Shown: positions 48,158-58,799, numbered from the stretch's first letter. The stretch is 64,000 nt of DNA from Candidatus Bathyarchaeota archaeon (GCA_963827165.1 CAWGZR010000003.1:96001-160000), one strand, 5' to 3'. Notes: generated by a model not told the origin, from the letters alone. A program made the numbers and translations.

Positions 48158-49375
48158 GTGGAGGTGAATGTAATGAACAAAAAGTATCTTGTAAGCTTAT
48201 CAGTTGCTCTTATGATATTAATGTCCATCACCATGGTGGGAAACTTAAGTCCAAAGGCTCAAGCGCAAACAGTCAATTTTAGTCCCGTGCCAGTGCCGCT
48301 TTCAGCAGCCGATATTCATGCAAGTTATCCAGCTCTCCCGACAGCAGCTCAGTTGTGGAGTCCGGAAGGGTGTGGTTTTTTAGATACTAGATATTATGAC
48401 AACGCTACTTCAGGTCTCATAAGCAACAGCACTTCATATGAACCGAACCTTCTGACTGGTGGAATCATGAAAAACGTTTGTATTTGGCTTCAATATAATG
48501 CTACAGTATGGGTTGAAGTCCCGCCATCTTATTTGACCTCTTCTCAAACATCTGTGTCACCAGCGACTGCCACTACTTGGGCAATAGGCGCCGAAGCTGA
48601 TCCAAACGACATTGCAAGCGGTATTTACGTTACTGGAGCATGCACTTACGGCGAGTGGACTGGTTGGGCGGGTTCCCAAACTAATGATTTCGTATGCACC
48701 GTTCTATCTATTTACGATGGCACGTATATTTACCAGATAGGTATTGCAGACATTACCGGTTATGGGACTTACTTACTTTGTCAATACTGGAAAAACGGAG
48801 TTGAGCAACCAAATCCAGGATCAACTCATTTGGAGCCAACCCTCGACCAGCAATATCCGGAGTACATCCAATATAATTCAGCTGAATCAGCTTGGTCATT
48901 TAGTCTACAACAAAATCAATACTACACGGTCTCATCAGTAATTGGCTCCATCTTTAAAGGACTCCAGCCTAACGTCGTTATCGAATCAAATGACCTTACG
49001 TCCGGCGACTTTAAGAACTTTGCGAGAACAGTTGGTGGAGATTACCCATTTGGCAATGGCACAATTGCTTACGAGGCAGCCCTGACATACCAGTTTGTCG
49101 ACAGTAGTTACCATACGCCCGGTAACTGGCATCCCTATATCGAACAATACTCAAGCACCAATCATGGTCACGACCCAATAACAGGTGCAGATGTTTATGA
49201 AGGCTCGACTGCATGCCCAGCTTGGAATAATCAATGGGTAGGTGGTGAGTCTCCTTCAACAGCTGGTGTGAAAGTAGGAATACAAAATCCCGCATCTACT
49301 GCAGAAATCTTGCAGATAGGTTCAAGCTATAGCGATCCAACAACCGGCACATCACTTTGGAGCGCCAGCCAGTAA
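48158..49375 (+). CDS. Secreted beta-rich protein of unknown function
   Basis: Signal peptide ending AQA; rich in aromatic residues, Ser and Thr. Confidence 0.75.
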   Translation: MEVNVMNKKYLVSLSVALMILMSITMVGNLSPKAQAQTVNFSPVPVPLSAADIHASYPALPTAAQLWSPEGCGFLDTRYYDNATSGLISNSTSYEPNLLTGGIMKNVCIWLQYNATVWVEVPPSYLTSSQTSVSPATATTWAIGAEADPNDIASGIYVTGACTYGEWTGWAGSQTNDFVCTVLSIYDGTYIYQIGIADITGYGTYLLCQYWKNGVEQPNPGSTHLEPTLDQQYPEYIQYNSAESAWSFSLQQNQYYTVSSVIGSIFKGLQPNVVIESNDLTSGDFKNFARTVGGDYPFGNGTIAYEAALTYQFVDSSYHTPGNWHPYIEQYSSTNHGHDPITGADVYEGSTACPAWNNQWVGGESPSTAGVKVGIQNPASTAEILQIGSSYSDPTTGTSLWSASQ

Positions 49376-49479
49376 ACGATTTTAGGCTTAAAGATTATCT
49401 CCTTCTCTTTTTTTGAAAGATTCATCAACCGATGTAGCATTGGCAATCTCAAAATTGTTCTCCATCGTCAGTATTTGTT

Positions 49480-49884
49480 TTGAAAGTTCCAGAAGTAAAA
49501 AACTGGGTTCTAAATTCTCCATTTTGGGAAGCAATCAAGGCAATATGCCGAATAACATGGAAGGATTACACCCTTGAAGAAATATGGGGCAAAATAGTCA
49601 TATCAAACCTTGTAAAATGTAGCGCTTCAAAATCCAATGATAGAACTTCTCCTGAGATGAAGAAGAATTGCATTGAACCAATGAGGTTTTTTGAAAATGA
49701 AGTTATACTGGCTAAGCCTACACAACTAGTAATATTTTCCGGCTCGGACAAACCAAAATATTATGACCAATATCTTAGCAATTTGAGCTATGGATATAAC
49801 CAGAAACCAGTCTTCGAAATAGATAGAGACTTTTGTAAGTATGATGTTGCTTGGTGGCACCAGAAGTTCATTGAAATGGACTAG
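49480..49884 (+). pseudogene. Uracil-DNA-glycosylase-like fold fragment
   Basis: ISNLVKC and E..L.KP...VIF motifs; appears truncated. Confidence 0.4.
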
Positions 49885-51409
49885 GTTAAATACATGTCTT
49901 AAGAACATATCATCCTAGCAGTCGCAGGTCACCAAAGGACCAGCAATCCTTCTGTAATGGCATTGCTCAATGGTTACATGAAAACCCTGTAGAATTATGA
50001 CGCGCGCAGTTCACTGTAGAGTAAAACGACAATCCCGAAAGCGATCCAGCTAAGTTGGCGGGGATCCCAGCACCATTTTACCAGTAAAAATGAATTTTGA
50101 TAAGTATATTGAGGAGCAGGTCCATGGGATTTGAACCCAAAACAGACTGTGTCAAAACTCAGAGCTAATGCCTAAGAGTATCTGGCACTCAAGCCCTTGT
50201 AGAGGCTCGTTGTTCACTTGTTTTTTCTTTTTAGACCCTCATCAAACCCATTAGCGTACCAACTCCAAGAATATTGATAGCCCTTCGCATGTTGTAAGCC
50301 AGCATAGTAAAGCCTACTTCTCCTTTGACTTTTCTAAGACCCTTCAAGAGCAAATAGCCCTGATTAAACGCTCGCTTAATAGTTCCAAACACATGCTCCA
50401 CTATTTCACGTCTCAAATTCAACTTCGCTCTTCCATCATAACTGCTCACTCTCGCCCTTAACCTATCCACAGCGTCTTGATATTCCGGCCTGAACACACG
50501 TCTGCCACGCCTGTTTTTGGTGCACCTGCACCTGAAAAAACAAGACCGACATAATTTCGTCCCATAAAGACCACCCCAACATTCCTCTTTTCCTCGATAA
50601 CTTTGCCTCAAAAGCTCCAACCCGTTTCCGCCAGGACAAACATAAGCATCTCGCTCAACATGATAGACAAACTTGCCTAGAGAAAAACTCGGGCTCAGGT
50701 ACGCCTACATTCTTTGTAGGATTGAAAGCTGGAATCGGCATAAACACCGTTATCCCAGCTTCCTCACATTCAACCAGGTCATTTGCAACGTAGAATCCTT
50801 TGTCACTCAAAACGTCCAGCTGATCAACGTCAAGCACCTGTTTCGCAGCCTTAGCATCAGTCGCTAGCTGGTGATGATCAGTCGAATTATTGATAACATC
50901 GTAATCCACTATTAGGTGCTGCTTCGCATCCACGGATGTCTGAGTGTTGTAGCCGACTTCAGGCCTTTGACTGTCGACTCGCATCAAACGGCTATCCGGA
51001 TCCACAAGCGAAACTTCCTTCTGGCCAGTTGCCTTCATTTGACCTTGAATCTGCGCATATCGCTGTTTTTCCTCTTCAAGCTTGCATATTTTCTGCTTGA
51101 GCTCATCGACATTGACGCTTTCATCTTCAGCTGAATCTGCTGTATCGTTTTGGTCCAATTCTTTGAGGTAGTCTGCTATCTTTTCTTCTGTTTGTTTAAG
51201 CCTCAACGCGACCGTTTTCTCGTTAAGGTTGTTGCTTTTTGAGTTTACGGCTTTGAATTTTGTGCCATCTATCGCCACTAGTTGAGCGCCGTAAAGATCC
51301 AGGCTCCTGCAGAGATAGACGAATTCTTTGAATACTCCTTTGATGCAGTCTACATTGTTTTTTCTGAAGTCAGCGATGGTTTTGAAGTCTGGAGTCAGCT
51401 TTTTCATCA

Positions 51410-53340
51410 GTAGGGTAAAGGGCAGGATTGCTCCTGTCCCTCCCGCATCGAACCGTGCTTGCGATTTTCCCGCACACGGCTCTCCGAGATGCTTCACCAC
51501 ACAGCACACGGCGGATTTACAGCATGAAAGATTCTGCCGTTTAGCTTCGCAAGCCCATACTTTTAACACTCCAGAAAGCCGCCCAGCGCATACGACAACC
51601 TTGTATAGTGATGCCTAAAACACATGAATTTAGCGAATTTCCACTCGATAAATCGTTGAAGATGATTGTACGTCTCCGCAGCATTGGAATGGTTAAAATA
51701 ATTCGACCAGCCAAATATCAGCCTGTTAAGCTCCAAAGCTAACTTCTCCTCATCCTTCAGATGAACTACACTTTTCGATGTCAAAGCGCCAACTTTACCT
51801 TTGAACCGCTTAACCGCATCCTTAGACGGGAAGAACAAAGTCACCATCTTCCCACGCCTTGCCCTGTATCGCCTAATGAAGTGAAAGCTAAGAAAATCAA
51901 ACCCTTCCGCCGCCTTAGCAATCCGCGATTTCTCCTTATTCAACTCCAAACCTAACTCGCCTAAAAGATACTCCAAAACGTACCAGATGTACCCCGCTTC
52001 CTCCCCGCTCGTAAAGATAACCATGTCGTCAGCGTACCTAACCATCTGCGCGTTCTCCCTACACCTGTCATTCATGCCAAGCTCAGTCCATCTTCTATCA
52101 AGCCTATCAAGGAAAATATTCGCCAAGAGCGGCGAGACAACCCCGCCCTGAGGAGTCCCCTCATCAGGAAACTCCACGCTTCCATATGGACAACTCCCGC
52201 CCTAAGCCATTCCTTGATAAGCTTAAGCACGTAGCCGTCAGCCACTCTATCCCCGACAAAGCAGAGCAGCCGCTCATGATTGACGTGGTCGAAGAACCCC
52301 CTGATATCCACATCAACAACGTTGCATAGACCATAATGGAGCCACTTGCGAATCTCAACCGTTGCATGCTTCGCTGACCTCCCTGGCCTGTACCCGTAGC
52401 TAAAGTCCGCAAAGTCCGCCTCGAAGATAGGCTCCACTACGAGCCTAACTGCCTGCTGCACCACCCTATCCTTCACTGTTGGAATGCCCAAAGGACGCAT
52501 CCCACCACTACGCTTCGGAATAAACACCCTCTTAACGCATTGTACCATGTACGTTTCTGTTAAGAGCTCACGCTTTATCTCCGCAAGAAACTGTTCTTCA
52601 CCGCTTTTCTTTATGTCGTCAATTGTCTGTTTGTCTACGCCTGCCGCGCCATAGTTGTCTTTAACTCTTTTCCATGCTTCTTTCAGTAAGTCCGTCCTGC
52701 ACACCTTATCATGCAGACTGTAGAACTTCCTGTTCTTATCCGCCTTCGCCGCTTGGTAAAGACTGCTCTGAAGTTCTCTAACGGACTTCAAACGAAGCAT
52801 AACCTCCTACTCCCTTGCGGGAGAATGGACTCGTTTATGAACTCAGAGCAGTCACGCACACAAGTAAGGCTCCTTCTCTTAGGCAGCGTTGTGCTGTCGC
52901 CGCCCTCACCGATACTGTGAGCCTCTCCGACTCCCCATGATGCATTGCCAGACCCTTCGCTCAAAGAGCTTATAGCCTGAACTACCAGAACCGTCAAGCA
53001 TGATAGCTGGGGTAACGGCTCTGGACAAAGTGGGGTCTCCCAAGTTACCCTGTATGGCTTTCCCCGCATGCGACCGCCGTGACACCGAAGAAGCAGCACC
53101 ACAAGTGGACTGCGGGTGTGGTACTGTAATAGTCTTCGCATAATTGGCACTAGCTCGACCTTCTTTCAAGGAACTCACGGTGCTACATTGCGTTCGCTTT
53201 CGCTGCCGCCTGCGGTTTTGCTTCTGGGCAGCTTCAGCCAGAGGATTGCTCCCGCTAACTGTGCCCATAGCTACTCGGGCAAATCCACCATTCCCGAGAC
53301 CAAACTCACATCGGTTAGTCATACAGCTTCCTTGGCGCAC
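51410..53340 (-). mobile_element. Group II intron
   Basis: 5' GUGCG, 3' ...ACCCUAC, domain V GAGCCGUGUGCG...GCACGGUUC; removal restores the W-L-M-K codons of the IS1182 transposase. Confidence 0.93.
51563..52800 (-). CDS. ltrA: Group II intron reverse transcriptase/maturase, no endonuclease domain; 1-nt frameshift near 52178
   Basis: GAAGVD, RPLGIPTVKDRVVQ, SYGYRPGRS, DIRGFFD, GTPQGG..SPLLAN, RYADD, GWSNYF. Confidence 0.9.
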
Positions 53341-53807
53341 ACCACATGACCTCAACGTTTCGATGGCACTCACGTTCCAGCTTTCTGCTTGAACGAACCT
53401 GATTCAGGTATCCGAAACATAGAGTTTTAGAAGATCCGCGGGGTCGTATGAGGGTCTTCCAACCTCAGCCGGTACAGATGCTTGAAGCCGAGTTTCTCCA
53501 AGTTGAGGCTGTCAGCGAAGGCGCCAATGAACCTGATTGGGTTTTCTTTATCCACATATTCTTCGAGCGTTTCTGGGAAGAGGGCTTTCTGGTTTCTGTT
53601 GAGGTCTTCTACATGTTCGCTCATGGCTCATCAGTTGCTTTAAAGCTCAGTCTAGATTTAAGGTTAACGGTAAATAGCAAGCAAAGAAAGAGACTTTTCA
53701 CACAATCTCAACAACAATGCGCGTTTTCTTGACCTAATAAATGCTTTAGGGCGGTTACACCTAATGGTGAAAAGTTCAGCTCGGAAAAAAATAGCAAATC
53801 AACACAT

Positions 53808-54110
53808 TCAGTTTCCAGGCTTTTTTTTGGTTTCAAGATACCATACAATAAAGACGTTAAATACTATGATGGCTATCATTACCAAAAGGGGCGTATTATC
53901 AACAACAGAAAGAACGCCAACAGGTGGCTCGGAAGAATTTGGAATTGCCCAAATAGTAATAGACAAAATCTTGTAATCAACCCCGCCTGCGTGAATTGAA
54001 AGCCACGCATACATATCTGCAACAACATAGAAACTTGCCATAAGTATGTTAAGAAGAACTGCTTTAATCCAAATCTTCAATCTGTCGCCTACATTTTTAT
54101 TTCTGTGCAA
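53808..54110 (-). CDS. Small two-TM membrane protein
   Basis: Two hydrophobic helices and a basic tail. Confidence 0.55.
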   Translation of the reverse strand: MHRNKNVGDRLKIWIKAVLLNILMASFYVVADMYAWLSIHAGGVDYKILSITIWAIPNSSEPPVGVLSVVDNTPLLVMIAIIVFNVFIVWYLETKKKPGN

Positions 54111-54144
54111 AGATATTTTAGGTTTTTGGTCTAGTTTTTTTTGT

Positions 54145-55072
54145 TGTTCTATCTAGAAAATGCCTTACACTCTTGCATCGTAATATAACGCGAGAGTGGA
54201 GAGGGTTTGGACAGAGATTCAGATCAGTTAAAAGCGTGGATCATAAAGAAGAGATTGCAAGGTTGGTCGGTTACAAAAATTTGTGCATCTGCAAGGATAA
54301 GCAGGGACATGTTTTATCGTTGGTGGAGGCGCTATCAAGCAGAAGGCAAAGATGGCCTGAAAGGAAAAGCCAGAGGCAGGCCAAAGGGTTTGGACGTTGA
54401 AGACTCACTTAAAAAGAAAGTCGTCAAGCTGCGAGAAAGATATGAGTGGGGACCCAAAAAGATTGCTGGAAGCCTCAGACTCAAGGGTTACAAAGTAGAC
54501 AACAATGAGGCCTACCGGATCATCTGCCAAGCAGGTTTAAACCACCGCATAACGGAGCCTAGAAAGACCTGGGGAACCAAACGTTTCCAAAGGGAGCATT
54601 GCAACAGCCTCTGGCAAGCTGATTTCAAATTGTGCAATGACGACTGGTGGATGATAAGCTATCTCGATGACCATTCCAGGTTCATCACTGGATCGGTTAA
54701 GATTTGGAGTCCTACGGGTGAGAACGCTATGTTGCTGCTTGACAGGGCGGTTAAGCGGTATGGTGCTCCAAAGCAGATTCTCACAGATCAGGGAACTCAG
54801 TTTAAGCCTGCAAGAGGAGAAACATCCGCTTTTGACATTCACTGCACTGACCTGGGCATTGAGCATATTTGTGCCAGCGTTCGCAGGCCAACTACTTGTA
54901 GCAAAATTGAGGCTTTCCATAAAGCCTACGAGCTGGAGTCTCACCTCTTCAAAGAGCACTGGAGCTTCATCCGCTACTACAATTACACCAGACCACACGA
55001 AGGAATAGGCTATTTAACTCCAGCTGAAATATACCTAAAAGAGAAAGTGTAAGGCTATTTCTAAATAGAACA
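54145..55072 (+). mobile_element. IS481 family element
   Basis: 27-bp imperfect TIR tgttctatctagaaaatgccttacact; TGT...ACA ends; TTGT duplicated on the flanks. Confidence 0.9.
54207..55052 (+). CDS. IS481 family transposase (HTH plus rve)
   Basis: WQADF, DDHSRF, ILTDQG.QF, KIEAFH, YN..RPH. Confidence 0.93.
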   Translation: MDRDSDQLKAWIIKKRLQGWSVTKICASARISRDMFYRWWRRYQAEGKDGLKGKARGRPKGLDVEDSLKKKVVKLRERYEWGPKKIAGSLRLKGYKVDNNEAYRIICQAGLNHRITEPRKTWGTKRFQREHCNSLWQADFKLCNDDWWMISYLDDHSRFITGSVKIWSPTGENAMLLLDRAVKRYGAPKQILTDQGTQFKPARGETSAFDIHCTDLGIEHICASVRRPTTCSKIEAFHKAYELESHLFKEHWSFIRYYNYTRPHEGIGYLTPAEIYLKEKV

Positions 55073-55334
55073 TTGTTTTTTTGTCTTTTCCCAAGTTTTT
55101 ATAGATATAGCTTTTCTACAGGAACTTAGTGACGAAGCCTCAATACACATTCCTGTTTCTCGCGCATTTGAAAAAGTGGATCGCCATGAAAATCCTAGTT
55201 CGTCCGCTAAATTCGTCCATCTTTGGAATTAATCTTAATAATCGATGTGCTACTTTCATAAAAAAAGACGGGATGTAAAGGCTTTTTTCTGGATAGACCT
55301 CCGATAAGCCATATAATATCGGAGGATACGTGAA

Positions 55335-56323
55335 ATGAGTGGAGTGGTAGTCGGATTAGATGTTCACCTGAAGAATACTCAGGTAACAGTCATGAAATTG
55401 AATGGGGAAGTAGTGAAAACAGAAAGAGTTAGAACCAACAAAGCTGACCTTCGAAGGTCATTGGAGTCGGTTCCTAAAGGAAGCAAAGTAGCATTGGAAT
55501 CTGTTGGTTTCTGTTGGCCTTGGATTGATTTTCTACATCAGCTTGAGTATGAGCCGCTGCTTGCTAACCCAGTGAAGGTAAAGTATCGAGCGGAAGATGT
55601 TAAAACAGATCGAGTAGATAGTAAGTTGTTGGCTGACTTAACGAGGATGAATTGGTTGCCAACGTGTTATGTTCCACCTGAAGAGTTAAGATGGCTACGA
55701 AACCTGCTCAGACACCGAGCTTACCGGACCAAACTTTGTACAGCTATGAAGAATAGAACCAAGTCCGAATTTAGAAAACGCGATATTGACCTGGAGACTA
55801 ATTTGGGTACGTTGAAAGGAAGAAAGCAGCTTCTAATCTTGGCATTTTTGAAGTGAATCAGAACGTGGAGCTGCTGGATCTGATGGACAGGCAAACTAAG
55901 GAGATTGAAGCCATGCTTAGAAGGAAATATGGGCAGGTGAAGCCTGTTTTGCTGCTTATGACTATTCCCGGGATTGGTTTTCTGTCTGCATTAACTTTGT
56001 ACGCTGAGATCTGCGACATTAAACGGTTTAGTAATCCTGAGAAGCTTGCGCATTATGCGGGTTTGGTGCCTCGTGTTCATCAATCAGGTGAGCATGCGTT
56101 TACGGGTAAGGAAACGAAGGGTGATGCTTGGTTGAAGTGGATTTTGACTGAAGCTTCTTGGTCGCATGTTCATTTTTGTCCTGAGGGTCATCTTGCTCAG
56201 GTGTTTAAGGATGCTCGGCGGAGGAAGGGGAATAGCAAGGATGCGATTAAGATTGTGGCTCGTAAATTGGTGAATGTGGTTTGGGCTGTTTGGGCGTATG
56301 AGAGAGAGTTCATGGTAAAGTAA
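55335..56323 (+). CDS. IS110 family DEDD recombinase (frameshift near 55825)
   Basis: VGLDVH, VALES, KTDRVDS..LA; TIPGIG, YAGLVP...QSG, ARKL. Confidence 0.9.
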
Positions 56324-56460
56324 GACAAGCAGCTAAGGAGATCTCCTGCCTTTTTCTGCGGCTTGACCGCTTAAAAAAGAATGGGGTGTTTCTTTGCTGT
56401 TGGCTGAAGCCGTATTGCGATTTGGTTCGCTGATAAGAGAATGTTGTCTGAAATACAGTT
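56324..56460 (+). ncRNA. Candidate IS110 bridge/seek RNA
   Basis: Hairpins gcgg-cttga-ccgc and gcga-tttggt-tcgc; ATAAGAGAA is identical to the right junction sequence. Confidence 0.5.
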
Positions 56461-56604
56461 GTAGAAAAGGATTTAAGAAAAAAAGGAGGTTGAGGTAGTA
56501 GAGGTCTGTTCGGTTAGGGCTTTCGTCGTCTTCTTACATAAGAGAAAAAAGAATGGTTCTTAGGATGCTATAATGTCCAAATTAGCAAAAGCATCATTGA
56601 ATCA

Positions 56605-58572
56605 TTACCAATACAGGTATTGTGCAGTGATTGTCGTGTCAGAAGTTATGGGAATAGATGCTCCATCCGCGTAGTAAGCGCCTCCATCTTGCAGGTCAAG
56701 AAACTGCAGGTAACCGCCAGAGCCAGGGACTGCAATAGTGTGATATCCCAATGATATCGGTATAGACAATGGTGTGTATCCAACCAAGTTACCGTCAATA
56801 CCGACAGGCACACTGCCCTGCCCGTATTGATCCGTAGCGTACATCGTCAATGTGTAAGTCGGGATATAATTATAATACGCCGTTATCGTCATGGCCTCCA
56901 AGGTTGTTATGTCTGCGGGATTTCCATACCAATCAGTGCCGTCGTAGAAGCCGATGAAAGCGCCTCCACCGTCTGCGTCTGGCGCTTGAAATACGTGATC
57001 GAGATCCGACAAATCAAAAACGTTACCGCTTGAAACCCAGTTGCCATCTATCGAAATCGGAATGCCATTAACATAGTTACCACTAGACTCATCAAATACG
57101 AGCACCGTCACTTCGGGATCAGCGCCTATTGCAACCGCGTCTACATACAGATTCACAGGATTGTTGCCTGGATCGTAGCCTGCTATGGAGATCCAATTGA
57201 AATCGCCCATATATTGGCCTACAGATATCCAATAATCGCTATTTTGTGTGATTGTTATGCTGTTTCCAATTTGAACCCAATGCTGGTCATCATTAGATAC
57301 ATAAACGTAGAGATCGCTGGAGTACCCTGGTGCTGAAGAACCGCGGATATAGATATTGCCGCCAGAAGGAGCGTTCATCTGTCCCGTTATATATCCCCCG
57401 CTGCCATAAACCGACCCGTATATTTCCGCGTCATCACCGTCCTTTGTACCTACGATATTGTATGGGTTGTTCACAACGCCATTTCCATAAGGACCCCACT
57501 GATTTGAAACAACACTTGACACGTATGTTTGACTGTGCATTTCCCAGTAAATGTCGTATTGATTGCCCTGTGTATAACAGCAATCTGGTCTTACTCCCGT
57601 TGGAGGATGCCCGTCATCTCCAAAAAGAATAGAGCCGCCATAGTGTTCAAAGGGATATGAGAATTCTAAATACGTTTGGAAGAATGGCACATTTGTAATT
57701 TGGGTAGTGCTAGGTCGCATGAGTCCTTCGACGCAACTCGCCGGAGAGTAGGCAGAGGAATCACATACGATAAAGTTAGTTGTCGGAACATTAATTGTGA
57801 CTGGTGCACAATGGTTGTCATATGTTGAGCTTATGTCTTCAAGAGTAAAAGTGACAGTATTGCTTGACGATGAATACAATGAAAATTGGTATTGGTCATA
57901 TGGAATATAAGTTGCATTAATTGATGGCCAGTAGTAATATCCGCTTGGAGAGTCTTGACAATAAAGAGTCCAAGTAGGTAAATCGTCTTCTGCGTCGAAG
58001 ATCACAACAAATTGGATCCATCGGTAGTTATTAGTCGTTCCCCAAGCAATGTTCAGGGGTTCATAGAACAGTTTGTCATCATATGATCCTGTAGTCATGC
58101 CTTGGATCGTATTTGGGACAGCTATGAACGTTCCACTGATCGTTAGTGGAGGGGCGTCGTATGGCAAAATTGACGGTTGCTGCCAAAAATCAGTCAAATG
58201 CCAATATTGTCGGGGGTCGTCTAAAGGAGAAAAACCGTTAGCTGAGACATTTGAATTGGTTGAAGGATCTGGTGTATTTTGCATTTGTCCTTGACTTAGG
58301 TTTAAGACCCTTTGAGGCAGAACCGTTACATTTGTTTCTGTATGACCTGTTATTATCGAGCCCGGTCCAAGATTAGCCGGGCCGCCGGTGGTGATCGGAG
58401 TCACATTATTAGTGAAGGCATTTCTCAAGGAGATCGTCGTATTGATGTTTGAATTTGTTGAATTACTTTCAGCCTTTGCTTGTGGTACGTACTTTGTGCA
58501 AGCGATAGAAGTAAGTAGAATAATGAGGATAATTGATGCTACTGCGAAAACTTTTATAGATTTTTTTATCAT
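56605..58572 (-). CDS. Large secreted multidomain beta-rich protein with C-terminal PEGA-like repeats
   Basis: Signal peptide ending AKA; S/T/N-rich N-terminal region; VGIDG..VG.TP...GYHTI repeat. Confidence 0.75.
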   Translation of the reverse strand: MIKKSIKVFAVASIILIILLTSIACTKYVPQAKAESNSTNSNINTTISLRNAFTNNVTPITTGGPANLGPGSIITGHTETNVTVLPQRVLNLSQGQMQNTPDPSTNSNVSANGFSPLDDPRQYWHLTDFWQQPSILPYDAPPLTISGTFIAVPNTIQGMTTGSYDDKLFYEPLNIAWGTTNNYRWIQFVVIFDAEDDLPTWTLYCQDSPSGYYYWPSINATYIPYDQYQFSLYSSSSNTVTFTLEDISSTYDNHCAPVTINVPTTNFIVCDSSAYSPASCVEGLMRPSTTQITNVPFFQTYLEFSYPFEHYGGSILFGDDGHPPTGVRPDCCYTQGNQYDIYWEMHSQTYVSSVVSNQWGPYGNGVVNNPYNIVGTKDGDDAEIYGSVYGSGGYITGQMNAPSGGNIYIRGSSAPGYSSDLYVYVSNDDQHWVQIGNSITITQNSDYWISVGQYMGDFNWISIAGYDPGNNPVNLYVDAVAIGADPEVTVLVFDESSGNYVNGIPISIDGNWVSSGNVFDLSDLDHVFQAPDADGGGAFIGFYDGTDWYGNPADITTLEAMTITAYYNYIPTYTLTMYATDQYGQGSVPVGIDGNLVGYTPLSIPISLGYHTIAVPGSGGYLQFLDLQDGGAYYADGASIPITSDTTITAQYLYW

Positions 58573-58799
58573 TTTCCTATATCTCCTTTGTTAATTTGGT
58601 TTTTATGACTGTCCTCTTTCTGCCCTTCCCTTAGGGCTAGGCGGTGACACGCCCCCAAGACAATTCAGCCTTGGCTTTTAATGGGGATGACTATAAACTG
58701 CCTGCCTTTAAGGCAGAGAAGTCACCTTTAGCATCTCCTCAGCGGTATTTCCTTATATTATTTCTTATGTATTCCTATTCCTATTAGGATTAAGAATAC

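Larger units (their letters stand above)
43827..50138. mobile_element. Putative tyrosine-recombinase element bounded by perfect 13-bp inverted repeats matching the tRNA T-arm
   Basis: gggttcaaatccc (43827) / gggatttgaaccc (50126-50138); integrase ORF starts 65 bp inside the left end. Confidence 0.65.
50143..53709 (-). mobile_element. IS1182 family element (degenerate, frameshifted) interrupted by a group II intron
   Basis: Ends cagactgtgt / cacacaatctc; ORF pieces 53427-53624, 50655-51409 and 50231-50620 are homologous to 42266-43729. Confidence 0.9.
55257..56541 (+). mobile_element. IS110 family (IS1111-like) element with long 3' non-coding end
   Basis: CATAA at both junctions; imperfect subterminal IRs (aagacg...agacctc / gaggtct...cgtctt). 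Confidence 0.7.

Noticed and set aside
50655-51569. 304-aa ORF as an independent gene
   Set aside because: Its N-terminus is translated intron domain V/VI, fused by chance to the IS1182 3' exon.
51563-52800. DGR, retron or defence RT
   Set aside because: The ORF lies inside canonical group II intron boundaries with domain V, and no TR/VR pair was seen.
52711-53392. ORFs 52711-52920, 52788-53150, 52906-53373, 53116-53349 and 53144-53392
   Set aside because: They overlap intron RNA domains I-III and have no protein-like features.
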